This document shows, one piece after another, positions 9,182-20,166 of a DNA stretch of 37,394 nucleotides. The position numbers and the translations under genes are program-made. Every line of letters begins with the position of its first letter. Within the stretch, counting starts at the first letter, position 1. The stretch lies in assembly GCA_039190745.1 (NCBI GenBank), contig JBCCXZ010000037.1, positions 1 to 37,394 on the forward strand, given 5' to 3'. The notes beneath the pieces were generated by a model. The model was not told the DNA's origin. It did no database searches and was given only the letters and a program-made list of their open reading frames with translations. The DNA comes from Planctomycetota bacterium. GTDB lineage: Bacteria; Planctomycetota; Planctomycetia; Pirellulales; Lacipirellulaceae.

Positions 9182-10492
9182 TCACAGATACTCATTAACG
9201 ACGTTCTCAAACAACTCCTGCCGCCCACTCTGGTTCGCCGCGGGGTTGCCCTTCTCAAGCATCAGCGCTTCCAGTGACGCAAATCCGTGCTCGCCCGCCT
9301 CAATCTGCGCGCCCAGACCCGAGTCCCAGTTTGCGTACCGATCAGCGACCATCGCCTCCAGCCGTCCGTCGGCACGCATCGCCGCGGCGGTCTTCAGTCC
9401 TCGCGCGAACGCATCCATCCCGCCGATGTGTGCGTAGAACAGGTCGATCGGCTCGAAGCTCTCGCGGCGGACCTTCGCGTCGAAGTTCACCCCGCCGGTG
9501 GTGAACCCGCCGTGCTTGAGGATCGAGTGCATACACTGGGTCGTGACGTACACGTCGGTCGGGAACTGGTCGGTATCCCACCCCAGCAGCATGTCCCCGG
9601 TGTTCGCGTCGATCGAGCCCAGGGCCCCCGCCGCTCCGGCCACCTCCAACTCGTGGTGCATCGTGTGCCCGGCGAGGGTTGCGTGGTTGGTCTCAAGATT
9701 CAGCTTGAAGTGGTCCAACAAGCCGAACTCACGCAAGAAGTTCAGGCATGCCGCCGCGTCGGTGTCGTACTGGTGCTTGGTCGGCTCTTTGGGCTTCGGC
9801 TCGATGTAGAATTGCCCCGTGAAGCCAATCTCTTTGGCGTAGTCGACCGCCATTTGTAAAAACCGCGCAAGGTGCTCCAACTCGCGTTTCAGGTCGGTGT
9901 TCCACAAACACTGGTACCCCTCGCGGCCGCCCCAGAAGGTGTAGCCCTCACCCCCCAGGCGGTGGGTGACCTCGATCGCCTTCTTCACCTGTCCCGCGGC
10001 GTAGGCGAACACCTCGCTATTGGAGCTCGTCGCCGCACCGTGCATGTATCGCGGGTGGCTGAACAGGTTGGCCGTGCCCCACAGCAGCTTCACGCCGGTG
10101 TTCTGCTGCTCCTGCTCCAGCACGTCGGCCACCGCGTCGAGGTTCGCGTGCGACTCGGCGAGCGTCGCCCCCTCGGGCGCCACGTCGCGGTCGTGGAAGG
10201 CGTAGTACGGCGCCCCCAGCTTCCGGATGAACTCGAAAGCCGCCCGCACGCGGTCTTGCGCGTTCTCGACCGACTCGCTGCCGTCGTCCCAAGGACGCAC
10301 CGCCGTGCCGGGGCCGAACGGGTCGCCCAGCGGGTTCCGGAACGTGTGCCAATAAACCACGCTGAACCGTAGGTGGTCCCGCATGCTCTTGCCTTCGACC
10401 AGTTCGCTCTCGTTGTAGTGATGAAACGCGAGCGGGTTGCGGCTCTCGGGGCCTTCAAAGGGGATGCGGTCGATCTCGGGGAAGGCGGTCAT
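9182..10492 (-). CDS. xylA: Xylose isomerase (class II)
   Basis: [74 protein letters not shown]; 436 aa from MTAFPEID. Confidence 0.97.
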   Translation of the reverse strand: MTAFPEIDRIPFEGPESRNPLAFHHYNESELVEGKSMRDHLRFSVVYWHTFRNPLGDPFGPGTAVRPWDDGSESVENAQDRVRAAFEFIRKLGAPYYAFHDRDVAPEGATLAESHANLDAVADVLEQEQQNTGVKLLWGTANLFSHPRYMHGAATSSNSEVFAYAAGQVKKAIEVTHRLGGEGYTFWGGREGYQCLWNTDLKRELEHLARFLQMAVDYAKEIGFTGQFYIEPKPKEPTKHQYDTDAAACLNFLREFGLLDHFKLNLETNHATLAGHTMHHELEVAGAAGALGSIDANTGDMLLGWDTDQFPTDVYVTTQCMHSILKHGGFTTGGVNFDAKVRRESFEPIDLFYAHIGGMDAFARGLKTAAAMRADGRLEAMVADRYANWDSGLGAQIEAGEHGFASLEALMLEKGNPAANQSGRQELFENVVNEYL

Positions 10493-10618
10493 TGCGAACT
10501 CTCGATGGCGAAAGGGGCGGTCTACGCCTGCCAGCGGCCGGCGGTCGCCCGCAATCCTACAAAAACGATGAGGCATCAGCATCCCCCCGAAAAAAGCCTC
10601 ACCGGTTAGCATGGCGGA

Positions 10619-10998
10619 ATGCTCGCTCGCTACAAAATCTACCGCGGCAAACGCCCCGAAAAAAAAACCTGCCCGACGGCGTCCGGCAAGACACGCGTAA
10701 GCACCCCCGGCATTTCCTCCGTCCCGACTCCGACGCGGTCGCCAGGTTCCTCGCCAACCCCGACGCCGCAGGCTGGGACCGTTTTGCAGACCACTACCGC
10801 GGTCTGCTCGCCGAACGCTTCCGGTAAGCCCGCACGCCCTTCGACGACTTGGCACGGCTTGCTGAGTCGCAGGACGTGTACCTGGGCTGCTCCTGCCCTA
10901 CCGCGAAGAACCCCGACGCGGACCACTGCCACACAGTCCTCGCCCTGCGCTTTTTCGAGCAACACTACCCGCGGCTCAAGGTGCGCCTGCCCGGCTGA
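10619..10998 (+). pseudogene. Disrupted DUF488/YeaO-like gene (frameshift in an A9 run plus in-frame TAA)
   Basis: [16 protein letters not shown] continues in the -1 frame as [21 protein letters not shown]...[74 protein letters not shown]; pattern LxP..W..F...Y...L..LxC..HCH resembles DUF488/YeaO. Confidence 0.7.
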
Positions 10999-11055
10999 AA
11001 CGACGCCGGTCTTCTGCTACGATCGGACGGAGTGACCCCTACCTACGAGGCCTCC

Positions 11056-12045
11056 ATGAACCGATTGCTCGCTACGCTGGCCCTCTTCTGCACCGCCGCC
11101 GCGTCCCATGCCGAAGGCATCGGCGAACCGGCCGGCCGTAAGGGCGACGAGATCGTCGTCTGCGGCCAGTACTTTCACACGACCGCCCCTGTCGTCCTTT
11201 GGACCGACCCCGGCGGCTACGACGCCTACCGCGTCGAACGCCGATTCAGCGAGTTTGACAAGGCCGAGTGGGAACCCTCCAAGGCCGAGGTCCAATGGCT
11301 CGACACGCCCAACCGCTACGGCATCCGCAAAGAGGGGCTCACCTCCGACCAGCTCGAGCTCGTCCGCGGCGGCGGCTGGCCGCTCGAACTCCTCCAAGAG
11401 CAGGTCGACCAGTTCGTGATGCACTACGACGTCTGCGGCTTTAGCCGACGCTGCTTCCAGGTGCTGCACGACGCGCGGGGGTTGAGCGTCCACTTCATGC
11501 TCGACGTCGACGGCACCATCTACCAAACGCTCGACCTCAAGGAACGCGCCTGGCACGCCACGAAGTCCAACGGCCGTTCCGTGGGCATCGAGATCGCCCA
11601 GATGGGCGCCTACCCGCCAGACAACACCACCGTACTCGACAAGTGGTACACAAACACTGCAAATGGAACGATCCTCTCGATCCCCGAGGGCGTCGGCCCC
11701 ACCGGCATCCGCACCCCACGTTTCGTCGGCCGCCCCGCACGCCCCGGCCTGATCCGCGGCAACATCCAGGGCGCCGAGCTGCTGCAGTACGACTTCACCC
11801 CACAGCAGTACGACTCGCTGATCAAGCTCACCGCGGCCCTCTGCACCATCTTCCCCAAAATGGAGTGCGATTACCCCCGCGACGCGGAGGGCAAGCTGGT
11901 CACCAAAGTGCTCACCGAACAAGAGTGGCAAGACTTCCAGGGCCTCATCGGCCATTACCATGTCCAGCTAGTGAAAACCGACCCCGGGCCCGCCTTCGAC
12001 TGGGACAAGGTCGTCACCGGCGCCCAAGAGCTGATGGCGAAGTAA
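11056..12045 (+). CDS. Exported N-acetylmuramoyl-L-alanine amidase (Amidase_2/PGRP family)
   Basis: Signal peptide MNRLLATLALFCTAAASHA; VMHYD, SVHFMLDVDGTIYQ, AWHA, NGRSVGIEI, IGHYHV, KTDPGPAFDW. Confidence 0.88.
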   Translation: MNRLLATLALFCTAAASHAEGIGEPAGRKGDEIVVCGQYFHTTAPVVLWTDPGGYDAYRVERRFSEFDKAEWEPSKAEVQWLDTPNRYGIRKEGLTSDQLELVRGGGWPLELLQEQVDQFVMHYDVCGFSRRCFQVLHDARGLSVHFMLDVDGTIYQTLDLKERAWHATKSNGRSVGIEIAQMGAYPPDNTTVLDKWYTNTANGTILSIPEGVGPTGIRTPRFVGRPARPGLIRGNIQGAELLQYDFTPQQYDSLIKLTAALCTIFPKMECDYPRDAEGKLVTKVLTEQEWQDFQGLIGHYHVQLVKTDPGPAFDWDKVVTGAQELMAK

Positions 12046-12053
12046 CGCCGGAA

Positions 12054-12148
12054 GATTCACCGCAGAGGTCGCAACTAGTTCTGTAGGAGGCCTCTCCGAG
12101 GCCGATGACATTCACTTTCTCTCTGCGACCTCCGCGTCCTCTGCGGTT
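12054..12148. repeat. Intergenic inverted-repeat element enclosing a GTAG-type REP hairpin
   Basis: GATTCACCGCAGAGGTCGCA pairs with CTCTGCGACCTCCGCGTCCTCTGCGGTT; internal GTAGGAGGCCTCTCCGAGGCC; a related arm lies at 21640-21671. Confidence 0.65.
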
Positions 12149-12167
12149 CTTATCTGCTCAAAGAAAC

Positions 12168-13382
12168 ATGAAACTCCACCACGTCAAGCAGAACCTCGTC
12201 TCGGCGCCCATTGCCGACGTCGCCGCCGAGGTCCGCAAGCAGCTCGACACGCTCGACATCGATGTCCCCCAGGGCGAGGTGGCGATCACGTCCGGCAGCC
12301 GCGGCATCGCCAACATCGCCGCCATCACCCGCGCCGCCGGCGACTGGCTCCGCGACCACGGAGCCAAGCCCTTCATCGTCCCTGCGATGGGCTCCCACAA
12401 CGGGGCGACCGCCGAGGGCCAGCGGGCCATGATCGAATCGCTCGGCATCACCGAAGAGGCGATGGGCATGCCCATCCGCGCTTCGATGGACTGCGAAAAA
12501 ATCGGCGCCGTCGACACCGGTGACGTTTGGATGGACCGCCACTGCTACCACGCCGACGGCGTCCTCGTCCTCAACCGCGTCAAGCTGCACACATGCTTCT
12601 CTGGGCCCGTGCAGAGCGGGCTTACCAAGATGATGGTCGTTGGGATGGGCAAGATCCGCTCCGCCACTACCTTCCACTCCGCGCCCGTCTTCGAGATGAA
12701 GGATATGCTCCTTGAGATGGGCCAGCTGATCGTCGACTCCGGCAAGGTGTGGGCGGGCCTCGCCATCCTGGAAGACGGCTTCGACGAGACCGCCGAGCTG
12801 CACGCCATCCCCGCCGCCGAGATCCTCTCACGCGAACCCGACTTGGTCGATCGCCACCAAGACTACTTCCCCGCCCTGCCGTCGGACGACATCGGTGTGC
12901 TGATCGTCGACGAGATCGGCAAGACCTACAGCGGCACCGGCATGGACACCAACGTCATCGGCTACCGAGGAGTCCGCAATGGCGAAGACCTCTCCCAGCC
13001 CTGTATCGGCATCATCGGCGTCCTTGGTCTCTCTCAAGCCACCCAGGGCAACGCCTTCGGCATGGGCCTGGCCGACTTCTGCACACGCCGCCTCCGCGAC
13101 GCCGCCGACGAACGCAAGACCATGGTCAACGTCCTCGCCACCGGCGACATGCAGCGAATGCGCATCCCAGCCACTCTAGACGACGAAAAAGAGCTCGTAG
13201 AAGTCATCCGCGGCCGCTTCGGCGACGATCGCTGGATGTTCATCCCCAACACGCTCCACCTCGGCAGCCTGTACGTCACGCCCGACCTCGCCGACGAGCT
13301 CCGCGAGCACCCCCGCTGCGAAGTCGCCAACGAGCCGGTTGAGCTCGCCTTCGAGAACGGCCGCCACACGCTCGCCTTCTAA
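12168..13382 (+). CDS. LarA (lactate racemase) superfamily / DUF2088-type protein, substrate unknown
   Basis: VAITSGSRG, PAMGSH, NRVKLHT, SGLTK-x15-H and IGKTYSG align with the LarA catalytic His, cofactor Lys and Ni His positions. Confidence 0.8.
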   Translation: MKLHHVKQNLVSAPIADVAAEVRKQLDTLDIDVPQGEVAITSGSRGIANIAAITRAAGDWLRDHGAKPFIVPAMGSHNGATAEGQRAMIESLGITEEAMGMPIRASMDCEKIGAVDTGDVWMDRHCYHADGVLVLNRVKLHTCFSGPVQSGLTKMMVVGMGKIRSATTFHSAPVFEMKDMLLEMGQLIVDSGKVWAGLAILEDGFDETAELHAIPAAEILSREPDLVDRHQDYFPALPSDDIGVLIVDEIGKTYSGTGMDTNVIGYRGVRNGEDLSQPCIGIIGVLGLSQATQGNAFGMGLADFCTRRLRDAADERKTMVNVLATGDMQRMRIPATLDDEKELVEVIRGRFGDDRWMFIPNTLHLGSLYVTPDLADELREHPRCEVANEPVELAFENGRHTLAF

Positions 13383-13398
13383 CCGCGTTGTGGGACCG

Positions 13399-16300
13399 CT
13401 AGACCGCGAACAGCTCTTCCAAGGCCGCGTCTAAGGCGTCGTCCTCTTCGTCGTCTTCGGCTGCGTTATATGTGAGTACGTTCTCCAACCCGACCAATAC
13501 GCCAGCGGCCGACCCTCTGCCGAACAGCGAGTCCCAGATCGCGAGGTCCGCGGCGTCCACCGCCTCGTCGCCGTTGGCGTCCCCGTCCCCGATTGCAGCG
13601 GGAGCCGCCCCGAAGCCGCGTTGCTGCGCCAACAGGTCGGCCAGGTCGACGTCTCCGTCGCCGTCGAAATCGGCATTCGGCTGGGCCTCGATCGCCCCAA
13701 TATCACGCCCGGCGCCGACCGTCCTCGCAAACGGTTCGCCGCGCTGGTCGAAGTCCGGCACGCTCCCTCCTAGCGACCCGCCAGCGTCGATCGCCGGGCT
13801 TCCCGCCAGCGGCAGGTGCGTCGCCGCGAACCCGCCGTTCGCCGCCAGCGGCCCGAGCCGTGCGTCGATCACGCCCCCGCCCGCGGCGCTGCCGATCAGG
13901 TTCCCGTCCGCGTCAGGCGTTTGGCTCTCGGTCAACCCTGAGCCGGCGTTCTCGCCGATCAGGCTATCGCCGGCGGTGATGACCCCGACATTGCCCTGGA
14001 AGCCCGCCGGGTCGGCGCCCGCGTCGTCGCTCACCGCCTGAGCCGAGTTCCCCGCGACGATGGTGTTGTCCAGAGACAACTCGCCCCCCAACGTGAAGAC
14101 GCCTCCGCCCCGCGCCCCGCCTCCGCTCGCGTTGGCGCGGTTGTCGGTGATCGTCGAAAGCTGGATCGCAGAAAGCCCCGCCCCGATTGCGACGCTGTGC
14201 AGGCCCCCGCCGTCTCCCTCGGCTTCGTTGTCGGAGACGGTTAGCTGACGCGAAATCACAGCGCCTTCGAAGGCCAGCACGTTGATGCCGCCACCGGCGC
14301 CGGCGCTGGAGTTGCCGCTAACAGTGCTGTTCTCGACGATCACGGTCGCGTTCATGCCGGAGCTGATCTGCAGCCCGCCCCCGCCCCGGAAGAAGCACGG
14401 AAATGGCGTCGCAGTCGTGTTGCCGCTCACCTCCAATTCGCTGGCCGAGATGCTCCCTCCGTAGTTGGCAAATAGGTACGCTCCGCCCCCCGCTGCGGCG
14501 GTGTTGCCGGAGATGCGGCTGCGGCGCACTGTCAGCGAGCCGTCGTTCACCGTTGCCCCCAGCAAGCCGCCGCCCAGGCTGTTTGCGGAGGTGTTTCCCG
14601 TGAAGAGGCTGTCCTCAACCAACGCCGAGCCGGTCGACTGTGCCAACACCACCGCGCCGCCGGCGCTGGCCGCCGCCGTATTGCCGTGCACTGTCGTGCC
14701 CCGCAGGACCAGCGAGCCGCCGTTCTGGGCGTTGAGCGCGACGCCCCCCGCGCCGTTGTTCGAGCTGTTGTTCTCGATGAGCGAATCGACCAACTCCGTC
14801 GCCACGCCGTCGGCGTTGCTGATGATGCCCCCGGCCGCGCCGACGCCGTGATTGCCATAAACATGCAGCCGCCGCAGGCGCCCCTGCTCGAACGACGCGA
14901 TCCCCGCCGCGTCGTCGACCGAGACGCCCTCCTCCGTGCTGCGGCCGCCGGTGACCGCCAGGTCCTCGATGGTGATCTCAAGCTGCACCGAGTCGTCCCC
15001 GTCGTCGAGGCGGAAAACCTGTGCCAGGCCCTGACCGTCAACCGTCAGCCGATCCATCCCCAGGCCGCGCACCTCAACGGTGTCGGTGATCACCAGCGTC
15101 CCGAGGCTTTGCTGCAGCGTGGCCCCGTCCAAGGCCGGGGAGAATTCAATGATCTGCAGCGTGTTCGCGTCCGCGTTCGCCAGCCCCACCGCCTCGCGCA
15201 GCGAGAGGTTCCCCGGGCTGTAATCGCCATCGACCCGGTCCTCGGTGCTATCCACCAGCAGCGTTGCCGAAGCGGTGAATGCCTGGCGCTCTGTGGCGCC
15301 GATGTCGATCAGAGCGCCGGCGACCGCGTCACTGTCGACTACCCTCGCGAAAGGCGCGCCCCGCTGATCGTTCGCCGGGGGAGTCGCGATCGCCGGGTCG
15401 CCCGCGTCCACCGCCGGGCTCCCCGCCTGGGGCAAGTAGACTTTCCCCGGCCCGCCGAAGTCTGCCAGCGGCCCGAGCAAGGGGTCGATCACCCCCGAAC
15501 CGGAAGGATCTCCAATGAGATTGCCCGCTGCGTCCGGCAAACCCAGCGGCGCCTCGGACAAGTTGGTGCCCGAGTTATCGCCGATCAAGCTAAACGACGC
15601 CGTCACAGATGAAGCGGCGAATGCGGTGCTGATATCGGGTTCGTTGCTCTTGTCGTCGATGTTTCCCGCCACGATCGAATGGTCCAAGTCCAGATCGACC
15701 AAGAACACGCGGATTCCGCCGCCCTCGACAGTGCCGGACGTGCCAACCGTGCTATTTTCGCTGACTGTGCTGTGGCGGACCACGATCGGCTCGGTCGCTT
15801 GGAAACCGAACACGTCAATACCCGCGCCAGTCCGTGCCGAGTTTCCGGAGATCGTCGACTGCAGAACCTCCACCGATGCGTTGGCGACTTGGTCAATCGA
15901 CAGCCCGCCTCCGCCGCCGTTCACCGCGGAGTTGTGTAGGAACGAGCTGCTCGATATCAGCGTTGTGCTGTCGCCAGATGCCTCGATCAAGGCCCCGCCG
16001 CCGTCAACTGTCACCTGCAACGTCGCTTCGTTGTAAGCAAACGTAGAGTTCTCGATCGTCAGCGACCCCTGCGGAGCAACCTCAAAGTACGCCCCGCCGC
16101 CGCCCCAGTCGGTGCGGTTCCCGCTCAAGATCGACTCGCGAACCACGATCGATCCGCCCACAGCGTCCGGTCGTACGAACAGCCCGCCCCCGTCTCGTTC
16201 CGCGAAGTTGCCTCGTACCACCGACTCCGCCAGCACAAAGCTCTCCCGCGAGAGCACAGCCCCGCCTTGGGCATCGAATCCCAATCCGGTCGTGTCGCCG

Positions 16301-16680
16301 TCAGTCAGCGTCAAGCCAATGACGGAGACGGTTTGGTTCACACCCGTGTCTCCGTCGTCGATGTTCAGAACCCGGCTGCTCCCGCCCCCGCTGATCGTCA
16401 CCAACTCCGCGCCCGGGCCGTGGAAGTCCACAGACTCGGTGACCAGCAACTCTCCCTCGGTCAGTGTGATCGTCCCCGAAAGACCGGGGAACGCGATCTC
16501 ATCCGCCCCCGGCGTCGCGTTCGCATCGAACACCGCCTGACGCAGGCTCCCCGGCAGATCCCCGGCCGCTGTGACAGGGCCATCCAGCAGATTCGTCACC
16601 GTAAACGCCGCCAACACCCGGCGCTCTTCAAGCTGTTCCACACGCAGCCTGCGTGTGCGCACGATGCACTGCTCCGACAT
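13399..16680 (-). CDS. Large planctomycete extracellular protein: export motif, two CSLREA/beta-helix/choice-of-anchor-Q modules, C-terminal dockerin/EF-hand-like repeats
   Basis: RRLRVEQLEERRVLA; GSLRQAV and LSLREAV; GGG/SGN repeats; two copies of IDPxLGPLAxxGG..LPxAGSPAxDAG..DQRGxPFAR..DIGAxE; ADFDGDGDVDLADL and GDANGDEAVDAADL. Confidence 0.9.
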   Translation of the reverse strand: MSEQCIVRTRRLRVEQLEERRVLAAFTVTNLLDGPVTAAGDLPGSLRQAVFDANATPGADEIAFPGLSGTITLTEGELLVTESVDFHGPGAELVTISGGGSSRVLNIDDGDTGVNQTVSVIGLTLTDGDTTGLGFDAQGGAVLSRESFVLAESVVRGNFAERDGGGLFVRPDAVGGSIVVRESILSGNRTDWGGGGAYFEVAPQGSLTIENSTFAYNEATLQVTVDGGGALIEASGDSTTLISSSSFLHNSAVNGGGGGLSIDQVANASVEVLQSTISGNSARTGAGIDVFGFQATEPIVVRHSTVSENSTVGTSGTVEGGGIRVFLVDLDLDHSIVAGNIDDKSNEPDISTAFAASSVTASFSLIGDNSGTNLSEAPLGLPDAAGNLIGDPSGSGVIDPLLGPLADFGGPGKVYLPQAGSPAVDAGDPAIATPPANDQRGAPFARVVDSDAVAGALIDIGATERQAFTASATLLVDSTEDRVDGDYSPGNLSLREAVGLANADANTLQIIEFSPALDGATLQQSLGTLVITDTVEVRGLGMDRLTVDGQGLAQVFRLDDGDDSVQLEITIEDLAVTGGRSTEEGVSVDDAAGIASFEQGRLRRLHVYGNHGVGAAGGIISNADGVATELVDSLIENNSSNNGAGGVALNAQNGGSLVLRGTTVHGNTAAASAGGAVVLAQSTGSALVEDSLFTGNTSANSLGGGLLGATVNDGSLTVRRSRISGNTAAAGGGAYLFANYGGSISASELEVSGNTTATPFPCFFRGGGGLQISSGMNATVIVENSTVSGNSSAGAGGGINVLAFEGAVISRQLTVSDNEAEGDGGGLHSVAIGAGLSAIQLSTITDNRANASGGGARGGGVFTLGGELSLDNTIVAGNSAQAVSDDAGADPAGFQGNVGVITAGDSLIGENAGSGLTESQTPDADGNLIGSAAGGGVIDARLGPLAANGGFAATHLPLAGSPAIDAGGSLGGSVPDFDQRGEPFARTVGAGRDIGAIEAQPNADFDGDGDVDLADLLAQQRGFGAAPAAIGDGDANGDEAVDAADLAIWDSLFGRGSAAGVLVGLENVLTYNAAEDDEEDDALDAALEELFAV

Positions 16681-16914
16681 ATCCCTGCTCTCTCAATGCG
16701 GTCGATCAATCACGCGGGCCCCACGGTTCCGCGTCTGTTGTGTCTTCATCCACCCACTCCCGCTGGCCGCCCATTCTAAGCGTCCCGTTGCAGGATGCAA
16801 AAAACTGTGCCACACATTTTTTCACCCGCTGCTACGGCCCTAAACCGCTGATAAACTACCGTTTCGCGCCTTTGCAAGAAGCCTCCGCGTACCTCTTCGA
16901 AAGAACCTCTAAAA

Positions 16915-18687
<1,773 letters not shown>

Positions 18688-18763
18688 GCCTTTGATAGCC
18701 GGCGACCTACGCGTCGCCGGCAGTGCCGACGCAGGAGCAACCCGTGCGTTCCCGCGTTCGAGA

Positions 18764-20101
18764 CTACTCGCCCTTGGATGTACCGAAGGCAAACTTCACC
18801 TCTGGCAGGTCCACCCCGCCGGCCGAGAAAGCCGGGTAAGAGACGCTGAAGCCCGTGCGGTCGGCGGTCGTTTCGTACGAGGCCGGCTGGCCGTCGTACG
18901 GGCTCGCCGGCAGCATCCCCCCGAAACGTGCCGTGACGCCGGCCAAATCAGCCGGAAACAATCCGCCCTGCTTCTCGGCACACAGGCCCAGCACGATCTG
19001 CAGCAGGTGGTGCTCCGCCTCGTGGGTTGCGTAGTACGCCACGATGTTCGTGGGGCTGTAGGGCCCCTCGTCGCCCAGGCGTTTCAGCTTCGGCGAAAAC
19101 TCGTCGAACACTCGCTTGCCTGCCTCCAACGCTTCCTTCGTCGGCAGCGAAACGGTTTGGACCATCGCCTCGTAGTAGTCTTGGTTCACCTCCCGCAGCA
19201 GCTCCAGGTGCGCGGCGAAGGCCGCGTCGCTCTCGAACACCGTTTCGGGGACGCCCCGCTCGATCGCCGCCGCCACCGCGGCCGCTCGCATCGTCTCGGG
19301 GTCGCGGGCCTCCGGGGTGATGTCCAAGAGGTCCAGCACCGCCTCGGCCCAGGCCCCTTCGGGGTAATCGTCCCCGATCGCCGTCAGGCCGTTCAGCAGC
19401 AGGCTCGATTCATAACCCAAGGCCGTCGTTGGGCTCAGGTGCTCAGGCACCACAACGTTCAAAGCGCTCAGCGTGCTGGCTACCAGCTCCGCGTCGGGGC
19501 ACTCGGCCGCCCAGGTCGCCAGCACGTAGTAGCCCGTCTCAAGAATCCGCACCGCCTCGATGGCCTCGGCCAGCGTGAGCTGTTCGCTCATGTGCTTGCC
19601 CATGTGCATCACGTCCAGGTAAACCATCGCCGCCTGGCGCCAGTCGCCCTCGGACTGCTTCTGCAAACCGTGCAGCGTCAGCACCCGGGCGAGCTTCTGC
19701 ATCAGCCCAACGTGCGGGAGCCGGGTCGCCGCCGAATAGGCCCGGAAGTCGACCCCGAAGTCGGCGTGCGGCTGCGAGGCGCCGGCGATCGCCGCCCGCA
19801 CCGCGTGCCGCGACGCGACCAGCAACGCATCGATCCGGGCGACCTCAGCCTCGGACATCTCCGGGTGCACCAGCTCCCAGATCGGTTGCTTCAACAGCGC
19901 CCGCTGCTCCAGGTCGACATCGGCCATCAGCAAGATGGCGCGGTGGTAGTGGAGCGCCGCGTTGCTCGAACTCGCAGGGATGCGTTGCGGCAGCTCGACC
20001 GCACCGGCGGAGCACGGCGCCGCCACAACCCCAACGACCAAAACAAACGCCCAAGCACCGCTAGAACGGGCCAACGACTGAAAGGTGGATAGCAAGCTCA
20101 A
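18764..20101 (-). CDS. Secreted helical hypothetical protein (PVC-type 'NAA..Y..A / LPH....LAR' family)
   Basis: TTG at 20101 with GAGGT RBS gives a signal peptide ending ...VVAAPCSA; coding-like composition; C-terminal FPADL..LPASPYDGQP..Y. Confidence 0.75.
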   Translation of the reverse strand: MSLLSTFQSLARSSGAWAFVLVVGVVAAPCSAGAVELPQRIPASSSNAALHYHRAILLMADVDLEQRALLKQPIWELVHPEMSEAEVARIDALLVASRHAVRAAIAGASQPHADFGVDFRAYSAATRLPHVGLMQKLARVLTLHGLQKQSEGDWRQAAMVYLDVMHMGKHMSEQLTLAEAIEAVRILETGYYVLATWAAECPDAELVASTLSALNVVVPEHLSPTTALGYESSLLLNGLTAIGDDYPEGAWAEAVLDLLDITPEARDPETMRAAAVAAAIERGVPETVFESDAAFAAHLELLREVNQDYYEAMVQTVSLPTKEALEAGKRVFDEFSPKLKRLGDEGPYSPTNIVAYYATHEAEHHLLQIVLGLCAEKQGGLFPADLAGVTARFGGMLPASPYDGQPASYETTADRTGFSVSYPAFSAGGVDLPEVKFAFGTSKGE

Positions 20102-20166
20102 TGGATACCTCTGCTGCAAGAGCGAGTAAGGCGCGTGACGCCGCAACGATTGACAACCCGCAACGA

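Noticed and set aside
10825..10827. Stop-codon recoding (Sec/Pyl or an alternative genetic code)
   Set aside because: The codon is TAA, which ends several genuine genes here; a nonsense mutation or base-call error is simpler.
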